A stretch of 64,000 nucleotides of DNA from a virus (lineage: Duplodnaviria > Caudoviricetes). How positions within the stretch are numbered: position 1 is the first letter of the stretch; each line of letters begins with the position of its first letter. The DNA lies in IMG/VR virus record IMGVR_UViG_3300024229_000651. One strand, given 5' to 3'. The notes below the pieces were generated by a model. It made no database searches. It was not told the DNA's origin and saw only the letters and a program-made list of their open reading frames with translations. Below are positions 1 through 9,567 of this stretch, piece after piece. Position numbers and translations under genes: made by a program.

Positions 1-265
1 AAAATTTGGGGCTACCGATGACCTACAGCCAAAAACTTCAATCATTTCAAGCACTTAGCCGGTACCCCATGGTAATTATTGGAATTTTTATTTTTTTTTA
101 TTTTTTCAGTTTTTTCTGTTGACTGCACTGCCACAGTGTGCGCAACTTGGGGTCGCTGTGTATGTATGGTATACACTTACCACACTGGGTACCACACAGT
201 GCTATCCTCTCACTACAGTGTGTGAAGTCACTGGTGGTAACGGCTTTGCATATGCATATGATCAT

Positions 266-457
266 CTACTTGAAGTAACGCAGCACTAACAGGATCAGCA
301 CCAGCACACCTAACACATAACTCAGCGGCCAGTATAACATGATCCATAACAGTAATGCAATACCCACCACAGCAGGCAGTAAGCTGACTAGGCTTAATGT
401 GAGCTTGACTATCACATAAGCAAACAACAGTAACAGTGCTACAGTTAACAGTTCCAT
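266..457 (-). CDS. small hydrophobic membrane protein
   Basis: 63 aa, almost entirely hydrophobic; abuts the upstream ORF. Confidence 0.6.
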   Translation of the reverse strand: MELLTVALLLLFAYVIVKLTLSLVSLLPAVVGIALLLWIMLYWPLSYVLGVLVLILLVLRYFK

Positions 458-958
458 CTATACATCACACTGTGTAAAGTAGTCACTGAGTTCACTGTAC
501 TGTAGTGTCTCGCCTGTCACCATGACATAACTGTTGGTGTGACTGTTACGCTCACCATCGCGGCCCATTGTGAAAGTTTCAGTTTGGCTTTGGATCTCAG
601 AACGCATGTAGCCCATGTCACCGTTAAGTGTAACACGAGTGGCGCACCACAGTAACGATTCACTGTCGAAGGTTAACACATATGGGCTATCCCATTCCTC
701 ACACACATCAGTATGATCATCCTGGATCATCCAGTCAATGATGTACTCTTCGAACATTTCCGAGCGGCTTTCGATGAGGCATCTCAGCGTGGGGATGCCG
801 TCCACAGCAATCTTATCAATGCTGCGGCGGCTGAGGTTCTCCACAACGTAGGTGGCACCGCCCTTCATCTTCCAATATTGAGGACATGAACCCTCGCCAT
901 CCCAGTCGTGGGCGCCGTAGTTTTCGCGATGCTGTGTGAGGATAACCAACTTGCTCAT
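458..958 (-). CDS. hypothetical phage protein
   Basis: 166-aa ORF directly downstream of a consensus promoter. Confidence 0.7.
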   Translation of the reverse strand: MSKLVILTQHRENYGAHDWDGEGSCPQYWKMKGGATYVVENLSRRSIDKIAVDGIPTLRCLIESRSEMFEEYIIDWMIQDDHTDVCEEWDSPYVLTFDSESLLWCATRVTLNGDMGYMRSEIQSQTETFTMGRDGERNSHTNSYVMVTGETLQYSELSDYFTQCDV

Positions 959-993
959 ATGCTCTACTCTTGTTGCGCTAGTGTATGTGTTAC

Positions 994-1022
994 ATTATAC
1001 CGGATTTTGTGGTACAAGTCAA
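994..1022 (-). promoter_or_regulatory. sigma70-type early promoter
   Basis: minus strand TTGACT-17 bp-TATAAT. Confidence 0.85.
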
Positions 1023-1028
1023 CCTTTT

Positions 1029-1289
1029 TTACTGTGCTGCCAACATGCTGAGTGGTACATTGTACCGCTGTCCACCATTCATGCGCACAATGGCCTTCTT
1101 GATGTTCACCTTCTGCACCACACCAGGTGTACGCTTGGTCTTCTGCACAACCCATACAGTGTCACCAACACTGATGCTGCGCTTGCTGTTCTCAGTCTTC
1201 TGATTGATGCAGAACTGTGTGAGCAAACTGAGCTGCTCATTGTCCAGGTTCGCCGCTAGGATTGCACTTTGGATACTGTGTAAACTCAT
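1029..1289 (-). CDS. hypothetical protein, possible SH3/KOW-like C-terminus
   Basis: 86 aa; VGDTVWV...GVVQKVN pattern; has its own promoter. Confidence 0.6.
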   Translation of the reverse strand: MSLHSIQSAILAANLDNEQLSLLTQFCINQKTENSKRSISVGDTVWVVQKTKRTPGVVQKVNIKKAIVRMNGGQRYNVPLSMLAAQ

Positions 1290-1323
1290 ATTTTTCTGCT
1301 CTTTGATTGTTTAATATGTGTAT

Positions 1324-1352
1324 ATTATACTGGATTTTGCGGCACAAGTCAA
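1324..1352 (-). promoter_or_regulatory. sigma70-type early promoter
   Basis: TTGACT-17-TATAAT. Confidence 0.85.
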
Positions 1353-1357
1353 CCTTT

Positions 1358-1693
1358 TTAGCTGACTGCAGCAAAGGTGTTTATCACATCACCGTCCACG
1401 TCAAAGCTCACATAGTCATAACCCTGCATGCCCTGCTCACTGTAACTGGCTTCACCCACAATGCCAAGATCACTCAGTAGGTTATTAACACCCTTCACAA
1501 ACCCCGAATCTGTGTATATCAATCCGCTGGCTTCCACATCCCAAGTATCCTCATCAAAGTATACTCTCAGCTCACCATATTCACTACTAGTGTCAACATG
1601 TGATAACTCCACGCTGGTCACACGAACAGCACGTTTCTCACTAGTATACAAACCCTTACCATCTGTGTGTAACACTGCGTTCAACTTGATCAT
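1358..1693 (-). CDS. hypothetical acidic phage protein
   Basis: 111-aa ORF with its own promoter. Confidence 0.7.
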   Translation of the reverse strand: MIKLNAVLHTDGKGLYTSEKRAVRVTSVELSHVDTSSEYGELRVYFDEDTWDVEASGLIYTDSGFVKGVNNLLSDLGIVGEASYSEQGMQGYDYVSFDVDGDVINTFAAVS

Positions 1694-1728
1694 ATGTAGT
1701 AGTAACCTTTTGCTTAACTATGTATACT

Positions 1729-1756
1729 ATTATACTGATATCTAGACAGAAGTCAA
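1729..1756 (-). promoter_or_regulatory. sigma70-type early promoter
   Basis: TTGACT-16-TATAAT. Confidence 0.75.
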
Positions 1757-2319
1757 CCATTATTTCTGGTAGAAAAAAGCCATATATTTCATGGTGTTAC
1801 ACACTGTACAGTCACAATGTGGCATTATAGAAGTTTCCGCTGCAGCGAAATAGTTGGAGATACCATGCACACACTGTAACTGCATGATTTTGCTACAGTT
1901 TTTCAAAATTTGATTTGTTCCGGTATAGACGCTAAGTTTTCTGCACTGTGAGACACCCACAAAATACCCACACTGGGCGAATATTCTCCGAAAAACCACA
2001 CAATTCTGCACAATTCTACACTTTTCTACACCCTGCACGGTGCATAGTGCAGCAGTATTGTGGTATGTCTCAGTATGGTTCTGTGCTGTATACACATTGT
2101 GTTACTGTGTACTGCGTGGTGTGTAGTGCTGTGTATAATATCCACCTAAAACTGTTCACACAGTGATATTAATGTTATTGCCTTTGTATTGTTCAAGCAG
2201 TCTGTATCTACGTATGTACAATAACACATTGTGATCAGTCACGCCTCTGCTCACATTACCGTAGCTTAACTGTGAGGGTAGTGGGTATTTTTTGCGTTTT
2301 GCGCCGCGGGTCGCTTCGC

Positions 2320-3393
2320 TCATAAAGGGGTCACCTGGTTGCTCAATTGGTTGTATGCAGTATCATTAAGCTCACACCATGCACTGTTTAACTGTATTCT
2401 TTCAGTGGGTTTGCTGCTCAGTGTTGGCACACTTGTGTTCAGTTCAGTACTTATATGTGGGAACAGTTGTTGAGTTGGTGTGTGATGATGGTATGTGGTT
2501 AACTGCACATTATCGGGCAAAGTTTGTTGTGTCAGAGTGCTCAGTATGGGATAGTCACTGTACAGTTTGAATTGATGATCAATCCAGTTGCGCATCTGTT
2601 GACTGTGTGTGTTGGTATAACTGTGTTGCTTTACTAACTGAATCAGCTGTTCAACTTCACTTGGTTTCAACACAGCACTGAGATGATTGATCCAACTGTG
2701 CATTCGTTCTGTGGGGTTTCGCAAGCCTATTAACAGCTGCACACTGTGAAAGTTTCTGCTGAGTGCATTCACAAAGGTGATTAATTTGTGCTGTCTGTGC
2801 GGCACACTGTGAATCAGTTGAGCAGTTGTGGTGTGATGTTTCACAGTGTACTGCTGTTCATTGGTGAACATTCCGCCGTTTGTGAGTGTGGGTGCAAACG
2901 CCACTATGGGTAAATCACTTAATGTGTCATCACAGTCTCCCCACAATAATGTGTTTGGTTCAACACTGTGAGGGTAGTTCAACTCTGTGCTCAGCCAGGG
3001 TATGTGTTGTTGACAGTTGTGTGTCACACTGTAATGCTGAGGATTTATATCCAGTGTGTGGTTGTTCAGTCTGTTTAACCATAACTGTATCACACTGTCA
3101 ATGTGGGGATTTTCTGTTTGACTGTGTAATGGATGCCCTGTGGTGCTATGTGCATACAGTCTGTTCACTGAAGGATCTTCTTTGATGTTGTTGGCCAACA
3201 TGTAAATGCTGCCAGTTAGTGGATGGTTATGTGGTAACTTTCTGCTGAGTACCCACTGTAATAGCTGTATTTGACTGCGAGGAATGTTCATCTGAGTGCT
3301 CACACCAAACTGATTGTTGTGCAACAACAGATTGAACAGATAGGTGGTGCTGGTTCGTGTGGGGCCTAGATGCAGTATCAACTGTTTTTTCAT
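2320..3393 (-). CDS. sulfotransferase-like P-loop protein
   Basis: N-terminal LILHLGPTRTSTTYL resembles the 5'-PSB loop; later LLIGLRNPTER resembles the 3'-PB motif. Confidence 0.5.
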   Translation of the reverse strand: MKKQLILHLGPTRTSTTYLFNLLLHNNQFGVSTQMNIPRSQIQLLQWVLSRKLPHNHPLTGSIYMLANNIKEDPSVNRLYAHSTTGHPLHSQTENPHIDSVIQLWLNRLNNHTLDINPQHYSVTHNCQQHIPWLSTELNYPHSVEPNTLLWGDCDDTLSDLPIVAFAPTLTNGGMFTNEQQYTVKHHTTTAQLIHSVPHRQHKLITFVNALSRNFHSVQLLIGLRNPTERMHSWINHLSAVLKPSEVEQLIQLVKQHSYTNTHSQQMRNWIDHQFKLYSDYPILSTLTQQTLPDNVQLTTYHHHTPTQQLFPHISTELNTSVPTLSSKPTERIQLNSAWCELNDTAYNQLSNQVTPL

Positions 3394-3401
3394 TATAACT
3401 G

Positions 3402-3409
3402 TATTTATA
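3402..3409 (-). promoter_or_regulatory. T4-like late promoter TATAAATA
   Basis: exact TATAAATA 9 nt upstream of the 3393 start. Confidence 0.55.
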
Positions 3410-3480
3410 TGCCATAAAAAAATGCAGACGCTGAATAGCGGTCTGCATCTGAATCCTTTCTACACTTGCAACATTTGTTC

Positions 3481-4182
3481 TTATGGTTTTTCCAGTACAA
3501 TATTATTTATCAAACTGTTAACACTGTGAGCCAGTTGAACCAATTCAGTTGACAGTAGATGGTATTGATCTCCCACTGAACCATCCTCAATTGACTGTAA
3601 ATGATCAGCTATCATAGCCACACTGTGTGGGTTCCACTGTGTGTTAATTGTGGATTTTGCCCAACCGTAACACTGGCTGTGGTAACCTGACGTGTAGTCG
3701 TTTTCAGTGGAGAGATGTGCTTTCACATGGTTTATGCCTGGGTGTAGCAGTTGCCGTATGGGTCCTGCACCACCTAACACTATGGTTTTTCCTTGTGGTA
3801 ATGCCTGTTGCCACTCCGATTGAATTTTCTCACACCATTCTGTGTGCTGTTGTGGAGTGTAATCTTTGAACTTGTTGTGTAGTCGTTCGTGGTAACTGTG
3901 TGGGTCAGATGATGTTATCCATATACCATCCAGGCATTCTATCTCAGTGTTTAAGAAGATTCTGTAAGGACAAGTGGCGAACACAACCACACAATCATGC
4001 TGTTCGTGGGTCTGAGTTATGATGGTTTTACTCACATTCAAGCAGGTTGCTGGCTGGCAGTAATTGGTAACTGTGTGTCCGTGGCTGTTCAGTGCTTTAC
4101 AAAATTCACTGGGTGAGCTTGCGCTTCGAGGTCCTCTTGTCCAATCCCATGCCCAACTGTCGCCGTATACACCTATATTCAC
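3481..4182 (-). CDS. SGNH/GDSL-hydrolase-like protein
   Basis: N-terminal IGVYGDSW block and C-terminal DxxH (DQYH). Confidence 0.5.
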   Translation of the reverse strand: MNIGVYGDSWAWDWTRGPRSASSPSEFCKALNSHGHTVTNYCQPATCLNVSKTIITQTHEQHDCVVVFATCPYRIFLNTEIECLDGIWITSSDPHSYHERLHNKFKDYTPQQHTEWCEKIQSEWQQALPQGKTIVLGGAGPIRQLLHPGINHVKAHLSTENDYTSGYHSQCYGWAKSTINTQWNPHSVAMIADHLQSIEDGSVGDQYHLLSTELVQLAHSVNSLINNIVLEKP

Positions 4183-5567
4183 TGTGCATATTTCCGTATG
4201 TTGTTATAACTTTTTGTGACTTCTGCTAGTAGTTTTCTATTAAGTGGCGGCTGCTGATGAGGTAACAAAGGCCAATCAGCATTGGCTAATGATTTTTTAC
4301 CGAAATTATTTAAACTGTTCATATCATCGGGCATAATTTCGGAGAAAACACTTTTTACATACTGTTTGTCGTGTAGTCGATCAGTATCATATATTACCAA
4401 CTCACAGTTGGATGGCAGTGCACCCTTATCTAGTAATCGATCAAAGTGGCAATAACTTGCGTGAGTCATACACCACAAGTAATAGTATCTAATTTCGTCT
4501 CTGAGAGCATCAGTTATTTTGTTCCTATGCACGTTCATGAGACTGGTTATGCGTATGTCGTTCAGTTCAGCGTACTCTATATCTCTTAAAAGTTTTTCTA
4601 AGTCTTTTGTTTTTAAGATTTTGCTTTGCTTGATACGATTTATAATTTTTGTGTGGAATACTCTGCTGTCCAGACCTAATTGGCTTGTGTATCTTGCTTC
4701 AGGATCTCGCATGCCGATTACTAGTTTTACGTTGTCGTATTGACTGGATAAGCAATGTACTTGATCTAATAGTTGCTGTTGTTCAGCCGGAAGCCAATTT
4801 TCTAAATAGTCATCAATGCTGGCTTGCCCATTTTGTGTGTCTACATTAAATCTTGTGCTGCACAAATAAGCATCACCTGTTGCAATTGTTTTAACACTGT
4901 CGTCGTTACTGAAATCGAAACTCACACCTAAGTCACGCAATACTCCTCGCCAACTTGGCATTAACCTCAACTCCCACAGTTCTCTTTGTTCCCAATCACC
5001 ATCTACTTCAGGAGTAGGACTCTTGAGCGCATGAAAAATACTGTTGTTGCGAGACTGTATCTTGTCTTCAGAAAGGTGAGAAGTGGTGTGCGGCAATACA
5101 TGATGAAAGGCCGACATCACCGGAGCCATTCTTGCAAATGACTGTACTATATTAGATTGCACAGGCGGCAGTGTGTTAATCCACTGTTCCATTTTGGGCC
5201 ACGTGCCTAATTGGCTTTGGGTAGCCAACCTGTTTCTATAAAGTTGTTCAAATTCGATATATTTTTCTTTGTCTAGTACACCACCACGCATGCCTGTAGC
5301 AGACAACAGACTTCGTTGCCCAGCCAAATACATAGGAGGATCTTCTTTTGTCACTATGTTTAATGTAAACAACATAGCATCGAGCAGTTGTTTTTCTTGG
5401 TCGCTGGAGGGTATTGTGTTCCTAACTTTGTATATAAAGTCTAACCAGTCTTGACTGTGATTTACTTTTACAGTTTTATTATACAGTTGATTATCAATAA
5501 TAGTATCCCAAAGCCACGTAGTACCTGTTCTTGCAGGGCCCAGATGTAACATTAAGTTTCTATTCAT
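4179..5567 (-). CDS. sulfotransferase-like P-loop protein
   Basis: MLHLGPARTGTTWLW and LVIGMRDPEAR motifs; paralog of 2320..3393. Confidence 0.55.
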   Translation of the reverse strand: MNRNLMLHLGPARTGTTWLWDTIIDNQLYNKTVKVNHSQDWLDFIYKVRNTIPSSDQEKQLLDAMLFTLNIVTKEDPPMYLAGQRSLLSATGMRGGVLDKEKYIEFEQLYRNRLATQSQLGTWPKMEQWINTLPPVQSNIVQSFARMAPVMSAFHHVLPHTTSHLSEDKIQSRNNSIFHALKSPTPEVDGDWEQRELWELRLMPSWRGVLRDLGVSFDFSNDDSVKTIATGDAYLCSTRFNVDTQNGQASIDDYLENWLPAEQQQLLDQVHCLSSQYDNVKLVIGMRDPEARYTSQLGLDSRVFHTKIINRIKQSKILKTKDLEKLLRDIEYAELNDIRITSLMNVHRNKITDALRDEIRYYYLWCMTHASYCHFDRLLDKGALPSNCELVIYDTDRLHDKQYVKSVFSEIMPDDMNSLNNFGKKSLANADWPLLPHQQPPLNRKLLAEVTKSYNNIRKYAQ

Positions 5568-6597
5568 CGATAAGTTCTACTTTGGAACAAAAAGGATACT
5601 GTTGTAAGAAGTCTTTTAGGCTTTGGTATGTGTGGTTTAGTAGTTTTCCTACTGGTGCTCTGCCCAGTCTATGTTGAGGCTCATTAATATCGTAACCGTA
5701 CTTGCTAACGCCTATGCTGTTCGCCCACCCTTTATATAAATCATACGTGCTTATAGGTGGATCAGGTCTGTCTAGTTTACTGGTGTAGTCCCACATGTCG
5801 TCAAAGTCGTGTGGCTTACCAAAGAACATTTCACTGCAAGCAAATGCAGTACTGCCGCTTATCACAGTTTGGCTTTTTACTTCCTGTTTGCGTATCAACT
5901 CAGCATCTTTTGTGGAGTATGCTGCTTGCATGTCTTTGCCAACAGTAAAGTAGTCACTGAACAAGTCCCCATTCAGCGTGTTCTGTGAGAAACATTTATA
6001 TATTTCGTCAGTGCATTCAGGGAATAGATGCCTTACATGATCACTGCTGTGACGTATCACTGTGAAGCAGTCAGCCATCCATCGCTTACTGTCCACAGTC
6101 TTTTCTAGTTCGTGCACCAACTTGTTCAATCTTTCTAACACTATGAACAGTTGAGGCTCTGCGGTGAGTTGGACATGGTTGTCTTCTAGCACACTCTCAA
6201 ATGCAAAGTGTATTCTGTTCAGTCGATTAAGAAACTCCTCTGCAGATAGTTCATAATTCACTTTGTAACTGTCATCGAAGTCAATATAATTGTGTTCAAC
6301 ACACCAGTCCATATCACTGTGTAGTTGCTGTATATATTCTAATGCAGCATCGTCAGTTTTATAAACATTCTGATAATGATTCCAGCTGACCCAGCGTTTT
6401 GGGCTAGTGTTACTTTCGTCGCAATCATCCACAGCAAAAATCATTTGTGTGCTTTCCACAAATGCTTTGCCTGCAGCGCTGTTGATTATTTCCCATTCTA
6501 GATAAGTGTTGCTGATCCTTTCTTGCACAAAAGTGTTTGTGCCAGTGTGGTCAGTTTCGCCTATGGGGTCTGCACTAAAATAAACTCTGTACTTCAT
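5560..6597 (-). CDS. hypothetical protein
   Basis: 345-aa ORF overlapping the next gene; GATAAATA at 6604-6611 upstream. Confidence 0.7.
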   Translation of the reverse strand: MKYRVYFSADPIGETDHTGTNTFVQERISNTYLEWEIINSAAGKAFVESTQMIFAVDDCDESNTSPKRWVSWNHYQNVYKTDDAALEYIQQLHSDMDWCVEHNYIDFDDSYKVNYELSAEEFLNRLNRIHFAFESVLEDNHVQLTAEPQLFIVLERLNKLVHELEKTVDSKRWMADCFTVIRHSSDHVRHLFPECTDEIYKCFSQNTLNGDLFSDYFTVGKDMQAAYSTKDAELIRKQEVKSQTVISGSTAFACSEMFFGKPHDFDDMWDYTSKLDRPDPPISTYDLYKGWANSIGVSKYGYDINEPQHRLGRAPVGKLLNHTYQSLKDFLQQYPFCSKVELIDE

Positions 6598-6615
6598 GTA
6601 CAGTATTTATCGGTG

Positions 6616-6792
6616 TTATTTGTTTAGTACGACAGTAACTGAATTGGGTTCGTCTAAGAGAGGTTCACCGGTCTTATAAAGGAAGTCAAACATGGATGAT
6701 GCTCCATGTCTGACCCCTATTTTAAAACTAGTATAACCAGCTCCAACAATTACCATACTTAAAATTATAAAATGATATATGTTGTATTCCAT
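6616..6792 (-). CDS. small membrane protein (58 aa, not in ORF track)
   Basis: manual translation MEYNIYHFIILSMVIVGAGYTSFKIG...VLNK* fills the gap. Confidence 0.6.
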   Translation of the reverse strand: MEYNIYHFIILSMVIVGAGYTSFKIGVRHGASSMFDFLYKTGEPLLDEPNSVTVVLNK

Positions 6793-6805
6793 TGTTAATT
6801 ACCTA

Positions 6806-8920
6806 TTAATAACTAAGTTCGTCTAAGTCATATCCTAGTGAATTTAAGCCTGCAATGATTTGATTTGCATAAAATGTTGCATTGCCTGCCGCCTGTACAT
6901 CGTTAATTAAGAATGTTTGAGCTTCATTGAAATCACTCAATCCTGCTGTACCTGAATAGCTACCAGTACCATTGTATACAGCTTGAGTCATTTGCTTAAA
7001 GCCTGAGAAGGAGTTTGGTCCAGTGTTAATCTGGAACAAGATTGATCTATAATAGTCAGTACCTTCTGCGCTGTTTGATGTTGAAACTGCACTTCTTAAT
7101 GCTGAAATATCACCAGACAACGTACCGTTTGGCGTTGCTGGGTAACTGCCAACAGCCGCATACGGTGAGTTCTCATCTGCAAACACCAAGTTAATAACTC
7201 TAGTTGCATTTGCACTGCCCATTGTGGCTAATTGATCAAACACTCTTTCTGTGCTTATTGATGTAATAGTTACCGCTGCATTGTATGCTGCGCTGTCGTT
7301 ATCATAGAACGGCTCTAGTGCTGTTCTCAACACACCATCTCTCATTGTTTCTAATGGACTTAGTGTGCTGTCCATGCTACCACTGCTGTCAAAGAAGATA
7401 TTGATTTCTGTCGTCTCGTCAATCTCTTGTGTGGTTGGAGCATATGTTGTGCTGTAGTCGAAGAAGTATATAGCACTGTCATCATCAAAGTTATAGATAC
7501 CTGGTGTAAAGTCTTTTTGGTACACCTCTACATTACCTGATGTTTGGTTAGTTAATATGTTTGCAGACCCGTCCTTCAATGTCCAACCTGTTGTGCTAAC
7601 TGCGTTCCACTCGTCGTTTCTGACCATGTATACAGTTGTAGCAGGAATATTCCAGCTTACTGTACCGTTGTTAATATCAGTAACCATAGGATTGCCGTCT
7701 AAGTAACTAGGTAAGTTCTGTAGTTCTACATAGCTGCTACCGCTTGACGTAATTGCTGTGCCGTTACTTGACGATACAATAGTGTTATTACTTGTGCCGC
7801 TAATAACAGGATCTGGTGCAACGTATGTGCCAATGCCACCTATTCCAGTTATGCCACCGCCCATAGAAACATATGTCTTAGAAGCAGCTGCCTCTAACAG
7901 TACAGTACATGTGATTGTAGCAGTACCCGAAGTTGCTCCATCAGCATTAACATACGCAGTTACATTCGATGCTTCTTCATATATCTTTCTGTATTCACTT
8001 GAAAACTTGTCCGACTGAGTTAGGTCTGCTTCACTTGCACCAAACAGATTGTCTGTGGAAGCGGAACTACTACTTCGTTTTTGTACTGAAAGATTTGAAA
8101 ATTCTGTTGTACCGTGCGGTCCTACTCTCATTACAAGTGCTAATTTACTCGCGCCTGAAGCAATAGTAGTGTTTGTTGAATATGACCCTGTGTTCGGATA
8201 ACTGATTGATGTCGGAGTTAAACCGTTTTGCGGATGCACACTTAGTTGTACTATTTGAAGTATTGGATCCACTTGCCCAGTATGAGTGCTGGCAGTGCCA
8301 ACCTCATCTATATCTACTGAAATATCATATATGTCTCCTGCAGAGACATCGAACATTGTACCGTATACGTTTGCGTTACCAAAGTAATCAGCGGCTATGT
8401 TAGCATGTCCTACTACAAACTTGCCTGTAGTTGGTTCTGTTATACCGTAACTACCATAGTAACTGATGTTTCCTGTGGCAGCACTGGAGTTAGTCCAGTC
8501 ACTTAAACTTACATTGGCACCGATATCTGGATTGGAGTTCGCACTCCCGGATCCGTCTCCGATACTTATGCTGGTGCTGTTTGTTGCATTGACCCACGAG
8601 CTTGGTATGTCTACTGTAATGGAATAGATCATACTGTTAGCTGGCGCCTCAAATAATGCTACGTTACCATCGGTATATGATACTTCAGTAGTCACAATGT
8701 TTAAAACACCTTCGCCGTATGTATAGTCCAATTGGGCTTTAGTGATTAAGGAGTCAGCCACGGTTGCATTAGCACCATGAACTTGCACTTCCGTATATCC
8801 ATTGTATGTAGCAACACGGAAATTACCGTCTTGGTGTTCGGCTTCTAGTCTGGGGCCTTTCTTACCAAAGCCAACTAGCTTTCCTAAACCTTTTTGTGCA
8901 AAGTTGAATATGTCTGCCAT
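6806..8920 (-). CDS. virion structural/fibre protein with C-terminal vWA-like domain
   Basis: 704 aa, S/T/G/N-rich; IFFDSSGS MIDAS-like motif near the C-terminus; GATAAATA at 8958-8965. Confidence 0.6.
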   Translation of the reverse strand: MADIFNFAQKGLGKLVGFGKKGPRLEAEHQDGNFRVATYNGYTEVQVHGANATVADSLITKAQLDYTYGEGVLNIVTTEVSYTDGNVALFEAPANSMIYSITVDIPSSWVNATNSTSISIGDGSGSANSNPDIGANVSLSDWTNSSAATGNISYYGSYGITEPTTGKFVVGHANIAADYFGNANVYGTMFDVSAGDIYDISVDIDEVGTASTHTGQVDPILQIVQLSVHPQNGLTPTSISYPNTGSYSTNTTIASGASKLALVMRVGPHGTTEFSNLSVQKRSSSSASTDNLFGASEADLTQSDKFSSEYRKIYEEASNVTAYVNADGATSGTATITCTVLLEAAASKTYVSMGGGITGIGGIGTYVAPDPVISGTSNNTIVSSSNGTAITSSGSSYVELQNLPSYLDGNPMVTDINNGTVSWNIPATTVYMVRNDEWNAVSTTGWTLKDGSANILTNQTSGNVEVYQKDFTPGIYNFDDDSAIYFFDYSTTYAPTTQEIDETTEINIFFDSSGSMDSTLSPLETMRDGVLRTALEPFYDNDSAAYNAAVTITSISTERVFDQLATMGSANATRVINLVFADENSPYAAVGSYPATPNGTLSGDISALRSAVSTSNSAEGTDYYRSILFQINTGPNSFSGFKQMTQAVYNGTGSYSGTAGLSDFNEAQTFLINDVQAAGNATFYANQIIAGLNSLGYDLDELSY

Positions 8921-9004
8921 GTTATTAAGTTCCTATTAGGGTTAGTTATATAACATGTATTTATCTTGTTTTGGATAATGTCCAGGGGTTACCAATCGGA
9001 AAAA

Positions 9005-9190
9005 CTAGGACCGATTTCGCTTGGGTAACACTTTGCCCACTGTTTGCTCAAATGCTGTCCCGGCTGCTTTTGTGAGCGCATCAATGTAAGCAGTATAGAG
9101 TGTAGAAGCAAACTCTTTTTGTTTATCTGAGGGTATAAACAAGTCCTGTGCTTCATCGGGACTTAGCTCTAACTCAACTTTAATTTTCAT
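9005..9190 (-). CDS. hypothetical protein
   Basis: start reassigned to MKIKVEL, overlapping the upstream stop. Confidence 0.55.
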   Translation of the reverse strand: MKIKVELELSPDEAQDLFIPSDKQKEFASTLYTAYIDALTKAAGTAFEQTVGKVLPKRNRS

Positions 9191-9341
9191 TTGAATCTCC
9201 CTCAGAATCTTTAAGTAAGTCCCAGTATGCCTGTTCATTGTCCCAATGACTTCTGCTTTTAATCATGTGGGGGTGTTGGATACGTTCTTTGCGTTCACGT
9301 TCCTTCTTCTTATCTTCAGTGTCGTCCCACTCGTTTTTCAT
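9180..9341 (-). CDS. small charged hypothetical protein
   Basis: start reassigned to MKNEW. Confidence 0.45.
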   Translation of the reverse strand: MKNEWDDTEDKKKERERKERIQHPHMIKSRSHWDNEQAYWDLLKDSEGDSNEN

Positions 9342-9357
9342 AGCATCAACCCTGATC

Positions 9358-9567
9358 TTAGTATGATGTGGGAGGCTGTGCAACAAAGTCCAAGCCTACT
9401 CTACTAGCTCTAAACTCTTGCAGTTTGCTATCCCATTGCATGTTGAGGTCCATGCCTCCCATGTCCACAGTCATGTACTGACCTGAAGCATAAGCCTTAA
9501 CCTCACCTTCCACGACTCTTCCATTATCTTCGCAAAGAATCTCAACTGGCTTATAGTAACCTATCAT
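9358..9567 (-). CDS. hypothetical protein
   Basis: 69 aa; ATGA overlap with the ligase stop. Confidence 0.65.
   Translation of the reverse strand: MIGYYKPVEILCEDNGRVVEGEVKAYASGQYMTVDMGGMDLNMQWDSKLQEFRASRVGLDFVAQPPTSY

Noticed and set aside
132-4186. CACAGTG as RAG/Transib recombination signals
   Set aside because: No ACAAAAACC nonamer at 12/23 spacing was seen and no transposase is present; kept only as a compositional anomaly.
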